Part shown: positions 6,095 through 15,299 of the stretch, piece after piece
Layout: each line of letters begins with the position of its first letter
Numbering within the stretch: the stretch's first letter is position 1
NCBI GenBank assembly: GCA_029939085.1
Contig: JAOZTQ010000001.1
Span: 1-33,047, forward strand
Reading direction: 5' to 3'
DNA: 33,047 nt
DNA from: Candidatus Nanopelagicales bacterium
Lineage (GTDB): Bacteria > Actinomycetota > Actinomycetes > S36-B12 > GCA-2699445
The notes under the pieces: generated by a model
What the model saw: the letters and a program-made list of their open reading frames with translations, nothing else
The model's database searches: none
What the model was told of the DNA's origin: nothing
Made by a program: the position numbers and the translations under genes

Positions 6095-8047
6095 CTAGGA
6101 ATTTTCCCGAGCCAATCTTTCTAGCGCACCAAGCGCGGCATCCATATCTGTTGTGGGCCAAAACTCCGGCAGCGACGCTACGAGGTAGCGACCATATCGC
6201 GCCGTACGTAGCCGCGGATCCAATACCGCTACGACACCCCGATCTGAATCTGTTCGGATGAGCCGACCACTCCCCTGCGCCAAGAGCAACGCGGCCCGCG
6301 GTATCGAAACCGACATGAATCCGTCACCACCCGATTGCTCAACGAGTTCAGCACGAGCCGCTAGCACTGGGTCATCAGGTCGAGGAAATGGAATTCGGTC
6401 AATGATCACGCAGGTACACGAGCGTCCCGGAACGTCCACCCCTTGGAACAGCGACATTGTGCCCACCAAGACACTCGTTTCTTCCTCGTTGAATTGATGA
6501 ACCAGACTGGCCACCGGGTCACCTCGCTGTTGCACCAGGACCTTCACATCTGGCACCGGATTTTCTTCGAGGTAGTCCGCAACTCGCTCTACTGCGCGCC
6601 AACTCGATAGCAGCACCAAGCTTCGACCACCTGCCGCGGTCACAAGATCGTGAAGCCGCTTAAGTAAGTCTGGGTCGGGCCCTTCCCTGCCAGGCCTAGG
6701 CAAGTCTGACGCGACATACAAGATGCCTTGTTTTCGATAATCGAAGGGCGAACCGACATCAATGTCTTGCCAACCGTCAGCTAACCCCAGTTCATCTGCA
6801 ACTGCATCAAAGTTTCCCCCCAACTCCAAAGTCGCACTGGTCAATACTGTGGCCGACGGCTCTTGTAGATAGTCACCAATAACTCCCGACACATTCAGCG
6901 GAGCAACATAGAGGTACGGATCTTGTTCGCCACCAAACCAAATGACATCAGTTGACGACCCGGGACTACTACCCGCAAGTACTCGGCCGGCGACATCATG
7001 AATCTCAGCAAGACCGGCCTGGGCTCGATGACGCCGGACATCATCTGAATCTGCTTCCGAGCGCGAATCACCACCTGATGCCGACGCGAGTTCAGATTCC
7101 GCGAGATGCGCAGCATCTCGCAACGCAGCGAGAGCGTCTACCAACTCAGCGGGTAAGTCAGTCAACCGGGTCCGCTGTTGCGATAGATCCAAAAGAGCTT
7201 TCGCTAGCCCATCGGAACCTTCCGTCAACTGCTCAGCAGCATCTTCAGATAGCCACGACCGGGCAGCACGATTCGCCCGCTCGACCGACCCAGCACTCAG
7301 CTGCTCGGTTCTGGCGCTCGTGACACGAGAAGCAAGTTCATGGCCTTCGTCAACGATCAAAAAATCGTGATCCGGCAGAACGGCGGCACCATCAAGAGCG
7401 TCGAGCGCTAGCAGGGCATGGTTGGTCACGACAATGTCTGCCTCTTGTGCGGCCCGCTTGGCTTGCTCGCTGAAGCACTCCTCGGAAAACGGGCACTTAC
7501 TGGGCCCAACACACTCTTTGCCAGTTGCTGAGACTGCACGCCATACACGTGGATCTAATGCCGGTGAGTAATCATCTCGATCGCCGGTCGCAGTCTCTTC
7601 GGCCCACTCGCGGAGTTCGGCTGCTTGCCGCTCCAATCGGCCCCCAGTAGCTGGTAAATCCAGTTCCACTTGTTCATCGTCTTCAGGCCGACCTCGAAGT
7701 CGGGCCAGACAGATGTAGTTACCGCGCCCTTTCAGAACCGCTGCTGAAACACTCGCTTCGGGAACTGCATCGATCGCCGCTGGCACATCTCGCTCCACAA
7801 GCTGGCGCTGTAGCGCCAACGTAGCTGTCGCAATGACAGTGCATTGACCATGGTCGCGAGCCGAGGCAATGGCAGGTGCGAGATATCCCAATGACTTACC
7901 TGTTCCGGTGCCCGCCTGGACTAAGAGCACGCCACCGTCATTCATGGTCGTGGCTACCGCATCCGTCATCTCCTGCTGACTTGGTCGGTCGCTACCCCCG
8001 AGGTCGGCAACAATTCGGCCGAGCAGCTCTCGCGGGGATTCACTCAC
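6095..8047 (-). CDS. dinG: ATP-dependent DNA helicase, DinG/XPD (Rad3) family with Fe-S cluster domain
   Basis: 650 aa. Walker A AGTGTGKS. DEAH-like box VDEGHEL. Four Cys in the Fe-S insertion (NYICLARL, GKECVGPSKCPFSEECF). Conserved neighbour of lexA in Streptomyces-type synteny. Confidence 0.85.
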   Translation of the reverse strand: MSESPRELLGRIVADLGGSDRPSQQEMTDAVATTMNDGGVLLVQAGTGTGKSLGYLAPAIASARDHGQCTVIATATLALQRQLVERDVPAAIDAVPEASVSAAVLKGRGNYICLARLRGRPEDDEQVELDLPATGGRLERQAAELREWAEETATGDRDDYSPALDPRVWRAVSATGKECVGPSKCPFSEECFSEQAKRAAQEADIVVTNHALLALDALDGAAVLPDHDFLIVDEGHELASRVTSARTEQLSAGSVERANRAARSWLSEDAAEQLTEGSDGLAKALLDLSQQRTRLTDLPAELVDALAALRDAAHLAESELASASGGDSRSEADSDDVRRHRAQAGLAEIHDVAGRVLAGSSPGSSTDVIWFGGEQDPYLYVAPLNVSGVIGDYLQEPSATVLTSATLELGGNFDAVADELGLADGWQDIDVGSPFDYRKQGILYVASDLPRPGREGPDPDLLKRLHDLVTAAGGRSLVLLSSWRAVERVADYLEENPVPDVKVLVQQRGDPVASLVHQFNEEETSVLVGTMSLFQGVDVPGRSCTCVIIDRIPFPRPDDPVLAARAELVEQSGGDGFMSVSIPRAALLLAQGSGRLIRTDSDRGVVAVLDPRLRTARYGRYLVASLPEFWPTTDMDAALGALERLARENS

Positions 8048-8110
8048 GACATCACCGTACGTGTGACTGCAACCAAGCTCAGCCAGGACCCGCCGCTAGG
8101 CGCCAGCAGA

Positions 8111-9478
8111 TTACTCCGTGGGACGCGAAAACGGCTCGAGTCGAGCCGCCAGCCACCCTGGAACAAGTGCACTTATCTGAGCACCATCTTCGGTGTAACC
8201 ACTGCTCAGAATCTGGCCATGTTCATGGAGAGCGGAAGTGAGTTCGCCACGATCAAACGGCACAACGACTTCCATCCGCACCTCCGGCACCGGAAGACGT
8301 TCGGCGACTTTGGTCCGGAGGAGTTCGATGCCCTGACCAGTGTGAGCAGAGACTCCAATTGCCTCTGGTTCCCGATGTCTGATTTCAGCTAGTGCCGCCG
8401 GCGGAATCAACTCGATCTTGTTGACCACAACAAGTTCGGGGACTTCCGCGGCACCAATTTCGGCCAAAACCTCACGAACCGCGGCCAGCTGACCGAGCGG
8501 TTCCGGATCGCTACCGTCGATGATGTTCAGCAGCAGATCAGATTCGTTGACCTCATCCAAAGTCGAACGGAATGCCTCAACTAACTGATGCGGCAAGTGC
8601 CGGACGAATCCGACGGTATCCGCGAGTGTGTACTCCCGGCCTACCTCGGTGCGCGTGCGCCGCACGGTCGGGTCCAACGTGGCAAAGAGCTCGTCTTGTA
8701 CCAAAACCCCCGCGTCTGTCAGCCGATTGAGCAGCGATGACTTTCCGGCATTTGTGTACCCAACTATTGCCACGGCTGGAGTCTCGTGACGACGCCGATC
8801 TGAGCGCTGCACTTTGCGGGCTCTCGTCATTGCCGATAGTTGTCGGCGCAGCCGCGACATCTGCGTTCGAATCCGGCGCCGGTCGATCTCCAACTTGGTC
8901 TCACCAGGGCCCCGGAACGCGCCGATACCACCCGACTGCCGGCTCATCGCCTCACCCCAGCCACGTAGCCGAGGGAGCATATATTCGTATTGGGCTAACT
9001 CAACCTGTGCTTTACCTTCCCGGCTTCGTGCATGCTGGGCGAAGATATCCAAAATAAGCCAAGTGCGATCGACCACCTTGACCTTCAAGGCTTTCTCTAA
9101 CGCCTGCAGCTGGCCTGGTGACAACTCACCATCGCAAATCACAGTGTCGGCCGATTCAGCGCGGACCACCTCAGCGAGTTCCTCGACTTTTCCGCTGCCA
9201 ATAAATGTGGCCGGATCAGGTTTAGTGCGCCGCTGCACCATAGCCTCTAGGACTTGTGATCCTGCAGTTTCGGCAAGTCTGGCTAGTTCAGCCATAGACA
9301 GCTGGGCACTTTCGGCGCTTCCTTCAGTCCACACACCCACAAGCACGACGCGCTCAAGTCGAACTTGGCGATACTCAACCTCGGAGATATCGGATAACTC
9401 AGTGGAGAGTCCCTCCACTCGTCGCAGCGCACGTCGCTCAGCAACATCGAGGTCCGGATCGGGTGTAGCGGGTGTCAC
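8111..9478 (-). CDS. hflX: GTPase HflX; start placed at GTG 9478 (the maximal ORF reaches 9544)
   Basis: G1 GYTNAGKSS, G3 DTVGF, G4 NKIE, and an HflX N-terminal domain. GTG at 9478..9476 overlaps the dapF stop TGA (9477..9475) as GTGA. The longer ORF would overlap dapF by 70 nt. Confidence 0.9.
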   Translation of the reverse strand: MTPATPDPDLDVAERRALRRVEGLSTELSDISEVEYRQVRLERVVLVGVWTEGSAESAQLSMAELARLAETAGSQVLEAMVQRRTKPDPATFIGSGKVEELAEVVRAESADTVICDGELSPGQLQALEKALKVKVVDRTWLILDIFAQHARSREGKAQVELAQYEYMLPRLRGWGEAMSRQSGGIGAFRGPGETKLEIDRRRIRTQMSRLRRQLSAMTRARKVQRSDRRRHETPAVAIVGYTNAGKSSLLNRLTDAGVLVQDELFATLDPTVRRTRTEVGREYTLADTVGFVRHLPHQLVEAFRSTLDEVNESDLLLNIIDGSDPEPLGQLAAVREVLAEIGAAEVPELVVVNKIELIPPAALAEIRHREPEAIGVSAHTGQGIELLRTKVAERLPVPEVRMEVVVPFDRGELTSALHEHGQILSSGYTEDGAQISALVPGWLAARLEPFSRPTE

Positions 9479-10314
9479 CGGGAAGCCCACCAAGCCTGAT
9501 CCAATTCGCCACGGGCGACGATCTCGGCCGGCCCGGTAAGCCAAGTCTCGGCTCCCCGAAACTCAACCGACACCTCACCACCTGCCACAGAAACAGTGAT
9601 CGTCTCTGACGATGCCGCAGCGGCTTGTCGATGCACTGCAGCGGCAGCGCAGGCCCCAGTACCGCACGAAAGTGTGCGGCCAGAACCGCGCTCGTTAACT
9701 TCCATGGCGATGCTGGTCGGGCTGATCACCTCGACAAATTCGATGTTGGCTCCTTCGGGAAATGCTGATTCGGGTGTAACTGTGGACGCTTCAATGTCGT
9801 CCAGTTCTGATAGCGACGTGACGAAGGCGACCGCATGAGGATTCGGTGCGGTCGCAGGTGTGGCAGGCCAAGTCTGACCAGCGAGGGAAACTTGTGCCGA
9901 GTCTGCACCTGAAACGTGTACCGAACCCATTTCTATCGACACCAAGCCATTCGGTCCGATGTGGACTTTACGCGGGCCACCGCGGGTGCCAATGACAAAG
10001 TCACTGACGTCGACGAGTCCGGTGTCTCTCAGGTACTTGGCGAATACTCGGGCGCCGTTGCCACACATTTCGGCGATCGAACCATCACTATTGCGATAGT
10101 CCATGAACCAATGAGTGCCTTCACTCATCTGTGCTGGCACATCGACATGATGTGAAGGCACGACCCGCAATACCCCGTCAGCGCCAATCCCGAATCGGCG
10201 ATCACACAACGCAGCTACCTGAGTTTCGTCGATCTTCAGCTGTCCTTCGATGTCAGGTATCAGCACAAAGTCATTGCCAGTTCCGTGGCCCTTGGCAAAC
10301 TGCACCGTAGTCAT
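9475..10314 (-). CDS. dapF: Diaminopimelate epimerase
   Basis: 279 aa. GNDF motif near the N-terminus (GHGTGNDFVLIPD). Two catalytic Cys motifs (MCGNGARV, SCGTGACA). Confidence 0.95.
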   Translation of the reverse strand: MTTVQFAKGHGTGNDFVLIPDIEGQLKIDETQVAALCDRRFGIGADGVLRVVPSHHVDVPAQMSEGTHWFMDYRNSDGSIAEMCGNGARVFAKYLRDTGLVDVSDFVIGTRGGPRKVHIGPNGLVSIEMGSVHVSGADSAQVSLAGQTWPATPATAPNPHAVAFVTSLSELDDIEASTVTPESAFPEGANIEFVEVISPTSIAMEVNERGSGRTLSCGTGACAAAAVHRQAAAASSETITVSVAGGEVSVEFRGAETWLTGPAEIVARGELDQAWWASR

Positions 10315-10343
10315 GACTTAAGAGTAAGGGCTGACACCCAGAC

Positions 10344-11477
10344 TCACCGGGCCACACGTTCCGATAAGCGCAGATAGTCCCGATGCAATCCGTCCAGAAC
10401 TTGGGGCCAGATTTGATCTGGTGGGGTTGTTGAATTGTGTTCAGTGATCGATTGTCGAAGCGACCGATCCGTTGCCATCCTGGCCATCGCCACGGCCATA
10501 GCGGCATCGTCGTGGCCGAGTAATCCTTCAATACCGTCATGCACAAACTCGGAAAGTCCAGTTTGTGATCGAGCGATGACTGGGAGCCCGCTCGTGCGCG
10601 CCTCCAGCGCTGCCAGGCCGAAACTTTCCTTGACCGAGGGCTGAATGTAGACGTCGGACTCTAGATAAATTCGATGTAAATCAGGTCGAGCCAGTCGCCC
10701 CAAAAACTCAACATGATCCGCTAGACCATGTCGCTTTACGTATCGTTCGAGTCGGGCACGATGTGGACCATCGCCCGCGATGCGCAAACGCATCGGTTGT
10801 TGTTGACCACTCAGCTGCTGTGCTGCCGCAAACATCTTCAGCAGAGGTCGCGACCGCTTTCGAGGTGCTAGCCGCATGGCGGTGACAAAGGTGACGGGAT
10901 CCCGCTCCGATCGTTGCGAACGCCCCGCCGGACTCCAGTCGGCTAAATCAACGCCATTCGGGGTAATGAATACCTCACCGGAATAGTTCAACGCATGTGC
11001 GATCCGATCTGCTGCCATCCGACTCACTGCAGCAGGCTGGACACCCCGATCACACCAGTCTCGTAAATTCTCAGCAGTGCGGTATCCCGTTCTCGCGAGT
11101 CCACCCCAAACGCTGTGCACGGTTGCCAAGACGGGAAGCCCCACTTCAACCGCCGCTCGAATACCGCCCCAAGCGAATGGTGAGATCGCACCAAGGTGCA
11201 CCTGCACAACGTCTGGTTGGATCTCCTCCAGTAACGGGGCCAGTGCTGCTCGAGTCCTTGGTCGAACCGGCATCTCAAACGGCATCCGAGCGGTAACTCG
11301 GTGGACCGTGACTCCATCGATTTCCTCGGTACCTAGCCGAATCTCTTCACCGGGAGTAGCAGTAATGACATGGATGTCCTCACCGCGAGCTGCTTGTCGT
11401 CTCGTCAACTCAGTAACTTGAACTTCAATTCCACCGAGCCGAGGCAAATAGCAGTCACTGATGTGAGTTATTCGCAT
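10344..11477 (-). CDS. GT4-family (GT-B fold) glycosyltransferase; the maximal ORF to 11618 is an artefactual extension
   Basis: From M48: MRITHISDCYLPRLGGIEVQV.... EX7E motif ESFGLAALE, followed by GLPVIA. ATG at 11477 is preceded by GGGAG. The longer ORF would overlap the divergent gene that starts at 11554. Confidence 0.85.
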   Translation of the reverse strand: MRITHISDCYLPRLGGIEVQVTELTRRQAARGEDIHVITATPGEEIRLGTEEIDGVTVHRVTARMPFEMPVRPRTRAALAPLLEEIQPDVVQVHLGAISPFAWGGIRAAVEVGLPVLATVHSVWGGLARTGYRTAENLRDWCDRGVQPAAVSRMAADRIAHALNYSGEVFITPNGVDLADWSPAGRSQRSERDPVTFVTAMRLAPRKRSRPLLKMFAAAQQLSGQQQPMRLRIAGDGPHRARLERYVKRHGLADHVEFLGRLARPDLHRIYLESDVYIQPSVKESFGLAALEARTSGLPVIARSQTGLSEFVHDGIEGLLGHDDAAMAVAMARMATDRSLRQSITEHNSTTPPDQIWPQVLDGLHRDYLRLSERVAR

Positions 11478-11553
11478 CACATCACTCCCTACTAGTTCAC
11501 GACACAACGCTAACGGACCAGCGAACCGATCGGAATCGCGGCAGGATACGTGT

Positions 11554-12315
11554 ATGCCCCGAACCTTGGTGTTCTTCCACGCACATCCTGACGATGAAGC
11601 TTTGCTGACGTCAGGCACTATGGCACGAGCAGCGGCCGAAGGTCAGCGAGTTGTTCTGATTACTGCAACCAGCGGTGAGGCTGGATTAGCCGCTCATGAA
11701 CTTCAAGAACGTGGCCTAGCTGAGATTCGCGAAGAGGAACTGGTTCGGTCCGCCCGAATGTTGGGGGTGCAACGACTCGAGCTTCTCCACTACGCCGATT
11801 CCGGCCTTCACGGCGACCGGGTGCCAACGGATGGCACAACCACGTTGTGTCAGGCACCGGTGGATGAAGTCGCTACCGCTGTGGCCAAGATTCTGGATCA
11901 AGAGCAGGCAGATGTTCTGGTCACCTATGACGCCGCCGGAGGATACGGACATCCCGATCATGTTCGGGTGCACGAGTGCGGTATCGAAGCAGCACATGCG
12001 GCGGGAACGCCCAACGTTTTTGCCGTGACCGCTCCGCGGGAACCCTTCGCTATCGGAGTTCAGTTAGCCGACCGACTCCTGCCGTTGCCAGATGAGTTCG
12101 ATGTCGAGCAGTTCGAAACTGCCTTTACCCCGCGGCGTGATATCACCCACCGCGTCAACGTTCGTCGATATCTGGATTTCAAACGTGCGGCTCTTGGGGC
12201 GCACGCTAGTCAAGCCTCGGGCGCGGATGTCCGTACGCTGTCAGCGCTGTTGAAGCTGCCTCGGCCTGTATTCAGTCTGCTGCTGGGGACTGAGTTCTAC
12301 CAAAGGTTGAGTTGA
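11554..12315 (+). CDS. PIG-L/LmbE-family N-acetylglucosaminyl deacetylase (MshB/Mca/BshB superfamily)
   Basis: 253 aa. N-terminal zinc-binding motif FFHAHPDDE and a second HPDH motif (GGYGHPDHVRVH). Confidence 0.85.
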   Translation: MPRTLVFFHAHPDDEALLTSGTMARAAAEGQRVVLITATSGEAGLAAHELQERGLAEIREEELVRSARMLGVQRLELLHYADSGLHGDRVPTDGTTTLCQAPVDEVATAVAKILDQEQADVLVTYDAAGGYGHPDHVRVHECGIEAAHAAGTPNVFAVTAPREPFAIGVQLADRLLPLPDEFDVEQFETAFTPRRDITHRVNVRRYLDFKRAALGAHASQASGADVRTLSALLKLPRPVFSLLLGTEFYQRLS

Positions 12316-13258
12316 AGTTCTTCACGAAATCGATCGCTGGCTCTAACTGATTTTCGGCGGGCAACCATGTGATGCGATCATCCCGACGTAAGGTACGTTG
12401 CTGTCGGCGTGCCAGTCGTCGCGTTGCAGTTATCGTCTCGGCAATCCCCTGGTCGCGTGACATATCCCCCGACAGCACAGCCATTGCCTGCTCATATCCC
12501 ACCGCTTTACGTGCCGTCTCGCCGTCTGCTAGTCCACAGTCCATCAGCTTTTCTGTCTCTTGTAGTAAGCCGTTGTCCCACATTGACTGCGCGCGCATTG
12601 AGATCCGATCGTCCAGTTCAGACCGCGGCAGATCGATACCTAGCCAGACGGTTGGTCGCCACGGCTTCGGCTCCGGGAGACGAGCGGTAAATGAACCCGT
12701 TAAACGCACAACTTCCAACGCACGTACTACTCGGCGTACGTTGCGCGGGTCGATCGCGGCTCCCGCTTCCGGGTCCAGTGCACTCAACTCTTGGTGCAAC
12801 ACTGCGCCACCTTCTTGTTCGGCACGTGCCGCGAGTTCGGCTCGAAGTATTAAATCCTGGGGCGGAATATCGAGTTCATCGCACAACGCCCGCAAATACA
12901 GCGGTGAACCACCAACCACGACAACGGTTCGTCCTCGAGACCAGATCGCGTTGGCTACATCTCTGCCATGACGCTGGTATTCGGCCACTGTCGCCTTTTC
13001 CGTTACTTGCCACAGGTCGAAAAGGTGGTGTGGGACCACCTCTCGTTCCACCAAGGTGGGTTTAGCCGTACCAATCTCGAGACCTTGGTAGCACTGCATC
13101 GCATCGCCATTGATGATCTCGGCATTCAGTTGCTCGGCCAAACGAAGCGAAAGTTCCGTCTTGCCCACCGCAGTCGGCCCCGTCACTACGACGATTTGCG
13201 TAGCTGATCCGGAGGTCGAGTTCGTGTCGTTCCCGAGCATCACACTCCCATGATCCAC
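12272..13258 (-). CDS. miaA: tRNA dimethylallyltransferase
   Basis: 328 aa. P-loop GPTAVGKT. IPP-transferase core (PHHLFD, GGSPLYLRAL). Conserved position next to dapF. The start could be M7 (13240). Confidence 0.95.
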   Translation of the reverse strand: MDHGSVMLGNDTNSTSGSATQIVVVTGPTAVGKTELSLRLAEQLNAEIINGDAMQCYQGLEIGTAKPTLVEREVVPHHLFDLWQVTEKATVAEYQRHGRDVANAIWSRGRTVVVVGGSPLYLRALCDELDIPPQDLILRAELAARAEQEGGAVLHQELSALDPEAGAAIDPRNVRRVVRALEVVRLTGSFTARLPEPKPWRPTVWLGIDLPRSELDDRISMRAQSMWDNGLLQETEKLMDCGLADGETARKAVGYEQAMAVLSGDMSRDQGIAETITATRRLARRQQRTLRRDDRITWLPAENQLEPAIDFVKNFNSTFGRTQSPAAD

Positions 13259-13299
13259 TATTCTGGCGGGGACAAAATCACTCCTAGGAGGACAGTGCC

Positions 13300-13587
13300 A
13301 TGAGCAACCCTTCCGAGAACATCAAGGACAAGGCATCCGAACTTGCCGAGAAGGCATCGGAGACCGCAGCAGGTCTCGGAGAGCAGGCTCAGCAAGCCGC
13401 TGGCCAGGCAGCCGCTTTCGTCGATGAGAAGACCGGCGGTAAGGCCACCGAACTTGCTGGTAAAGCCACAGAGATGGCTGGCAAAGCGGCAGAGAGTCTC
13501 AATGACGCCAAGGACACCGCAGTCGCTGCGGCAACCGATGCCGTTTCGAAAGTCACCGGAAGCGATGACGCCGACGAAGACGCCTAA
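13300..13587 (+). CDS. Small Ala/Lys/Glu-rich repeat protein, possibly MT0933/Rv0909-like (so-called antitoxin-like) or LEA-like stress protein
   Basis: 95 aa. AGGAGG lies upstream of the ATG. Internal repeats GKATELAGKATEMAGKAAES. The motif FVDEKTGGK recalls the MT0933-like small-protein family, recognised from memory only. Followed by a stem-loop terminator. Confidence 0.6.
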   Translation: MSNPSENIKDKASELAEKASETAAGLGEQAQQAAGQAAAFVDEKTGGKATELAGKATEMAGKAAESLNDAKDTAVAAATDAVSKVTGSDDADEDA

Positions 13588-13636
13588 ACATCTAGCGTCG
13601 ATGAGCCGATCAATCGGTTCCTAACTCAATACTTCT

Positions 13637-13664
13637 AACCCCGCCGGAGTGATCTGGCGGGGTT
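13637..13664 (+). terminator. Stem-loop between the convergent small-protein gene and miaB
   Basis: The arms aaccccgcc (13637-13645) and ggcggggtt (13656-13664) form a perfect 9-bp stem with a 10-nt loop. Followed by attggtt on the + strand. Confidence 0.5.
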
Positions 13665-13694
13665 ATTGGTTATAGGCGTATCCGAAATGTCCGA

Positions 13695-15158
13695 TTAGTG
13701 CCCAGAACTAGGACGAACCTCAGGGATCCCGAGTCCAACTTGGACCGGACCGGTTTGTGTTGGAACTTCACACCCTGAAACTCGTGGTGCCTGTTCGATC
13801 AACCGACTCGGACCATCAGCAAGTAAGTGGTGCGGCGCGCCACGTGTCACAACTACCGAAACCAGATCCCCGGGTCTGACCTCTTCCTGAGGGGCGCGAA
13901 AATGCACCAATCTGTTATCCGCTGCACGACCCGTGAGCCGATCTCGGTCGCGATCTTTACGTCCGGAGGTATCCGCAACCATGACCTCTACTTCACGACC
14001 CTCAATTGCTCGGTTTTCCGCCCACGCAATGTCCGAAACCAGCTCCGCCAATCGCTGGTATCTTTCCGAGACGACTTCACCTGGAATCTGATCAGGAAAA
14101 TCCGCGGCCGGAGTCCCTGGTCGTTGTGAATACTGAAAGGTGTAAGCATCCGCGAACCGGGCCTGGCGAACGACGTCAAGGGTTGCATCGAAATCGGTTT
14201 CCGTCTCGCCAGGGAAACCGACGATGATGTCAGTTGTGATGGCAGCCTCCGGCATCGCCGAACGAACCGAATCGATAATGCCCAAATACTTATCGGCACG
14301 GTAAGAGCGACGCATACGTCGTAAAACGTCATCCGATCCGCTCTGTAACGGCATGTGCAGATGAGGCATGACTGTAGGCGTTTCCGCCATCGCCTCAATC
14401 ACTGCCGCTGTGAAGTCTCGGGGGTGCGGACTCGTGAACCGAACTCGACGGATTCCCGGTATTGCACCGACGGTGCGGAGCAGATCCGCGAAAGCAGCGC
14501 GCTCACCGAACTCCACTCCGTAAGCATTGACATTTTGTCCCAGCAAGGTGATCTCTCGAACACCCTGATCAGCTAAAGCTTGAACTTCCGCCAAGATCTC
14601 GCCGGGACGCCGATCGCGTTCCCGTCCTCGTAGCGACGGGACGATGCAAAAAGTACAGGTGTTATTACAACCGACGCTGATCGCAACCCATGCGGAATGA
14701 GCAGACTCTCGTCGCACCGGAAGATCAGAGGGAAACGCCTGCAACGTCTCGGCGAACTCTGACTGTGACTCACCTGATCGCTCAGCTCGATCCAATAAAA
14801 CCGGTAACGCGTCGATGTTGTGCGTTCCCAAAACTACGTCTACCCAAGGGGCGCGCTCCAAGATCGTGTCACGATCCTTTTGAGCCAAACAGCCGGCCAC
14901 CGCAATACGCATCTGGGGTTCGCTACGTTTGCGCTCTGCTAACTGACCAAGATTTCCATAGAGGCGGTTATCTGCGTTCTCACGCACGGCACAGGTGTTG
15001 ATGACCACCAAGTCGGCATTGCCGATATCAGCAGCCGCTACGTAACCCACGCCTTCTAGTAGACCCGCCATTCGTTCGGAGTCATGCACATTCATTTGGC
15101 AGCCCAATGTTCGCACCGCATAGGTGCGCTCCTGCCTAGCAATGTCTGCTGTGGTCAT
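13695..15158 (-). CDS. miaB: tRNA-2-methylthio-N6-dimethylallyladenosine synthase (radical SAM methylthiotransferase); the maximal ORF reaches 15245
   Basis: UPF0004 N-terminal domain ([13 protein letters not shown]). Radical-SAM [15 protein letters not shown]-like C-terminus. M30 (15158) gives the N-terminal length typical of MiaB; the start is uncertain (alternatives 15215 and 15245). Confidence 0.92.
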   Translation of the reverse strand: MTTADIARQERTYAVRTLGCQMNVHDSERMAGLLEGVGYVAAADIGNADLVVINTCAVRENADNRLYGNLGQLAERKRSEPQMRIAVAGCLAQKDRDTILERAPWVDVVLGTHNIDALPVLLDRAERSGESQSEFAETLQAFPSDLPVRRESAHSAWVAISVGCNNTCTFCIVPSLRGRERDRRPGEILAEVQALADQGVREITLLGQNVNAYGVEFGERAAFADLLRTVGAIPGIRRVRFTSPHPRDFTAAVIEAMAETPTVMPHLHMPLQSGSDDVLRRMRRSYRADKYLGIIDSVRSAMPEAAITTDIIVGFPGETETDFDATLDVVRQARFADAYTFQYSQRPGTPAADFPDQIPGEVVSERYQRLAELVSDIAWAENRAIEGREVEVMVADTSGRKDRDRDRLTGRAADNRLVHFRAPQEEVRPGDLVSVVVTRGAPHHLLADGPSRLIEQAPRVSGCEVPTQTGPVQVGLGIPEVRPSSGH

Positions 15159-15299
15159 AGTCCTGACTCGTATCCCCAAACCTGGTATCGCTCCAGGGTA
15201 AGCCGGATCGGTCATTCGCCCAAAGTCGCGTGGCCTGGTTATCACCGCACCGCTATGAATCTGAAAAGGGGAACTTGATAAGTCGCGGTATCTACTGGC

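Noticed and set aside
8814-9539. 241-aa + strand ORF (Ser/Arg-rich) inside hflX
   Set aside because: It is antisense to a gene with complete GTPase motifs and has low-complexity Ser/Arg/Thr composition. The same reasoning applies to 8737..9057 and 8063..8392.
11478-11618. N-terminal 47 codons of the track ORF 10344..11618
   Set aside because: This part would run across the divergent promoter region and into the PIG-L gene. The GT4 fold starts at MRITHISD, which has its own GGGAG RBS.
12369-12971. 200-aa + strand ORF antisense to miaA (also 12691..13065 and 12409..12690)
   Set aside because: Arg/Ser-rich antisense frames. miaA on the minus strand has a P-loop and conserved core.
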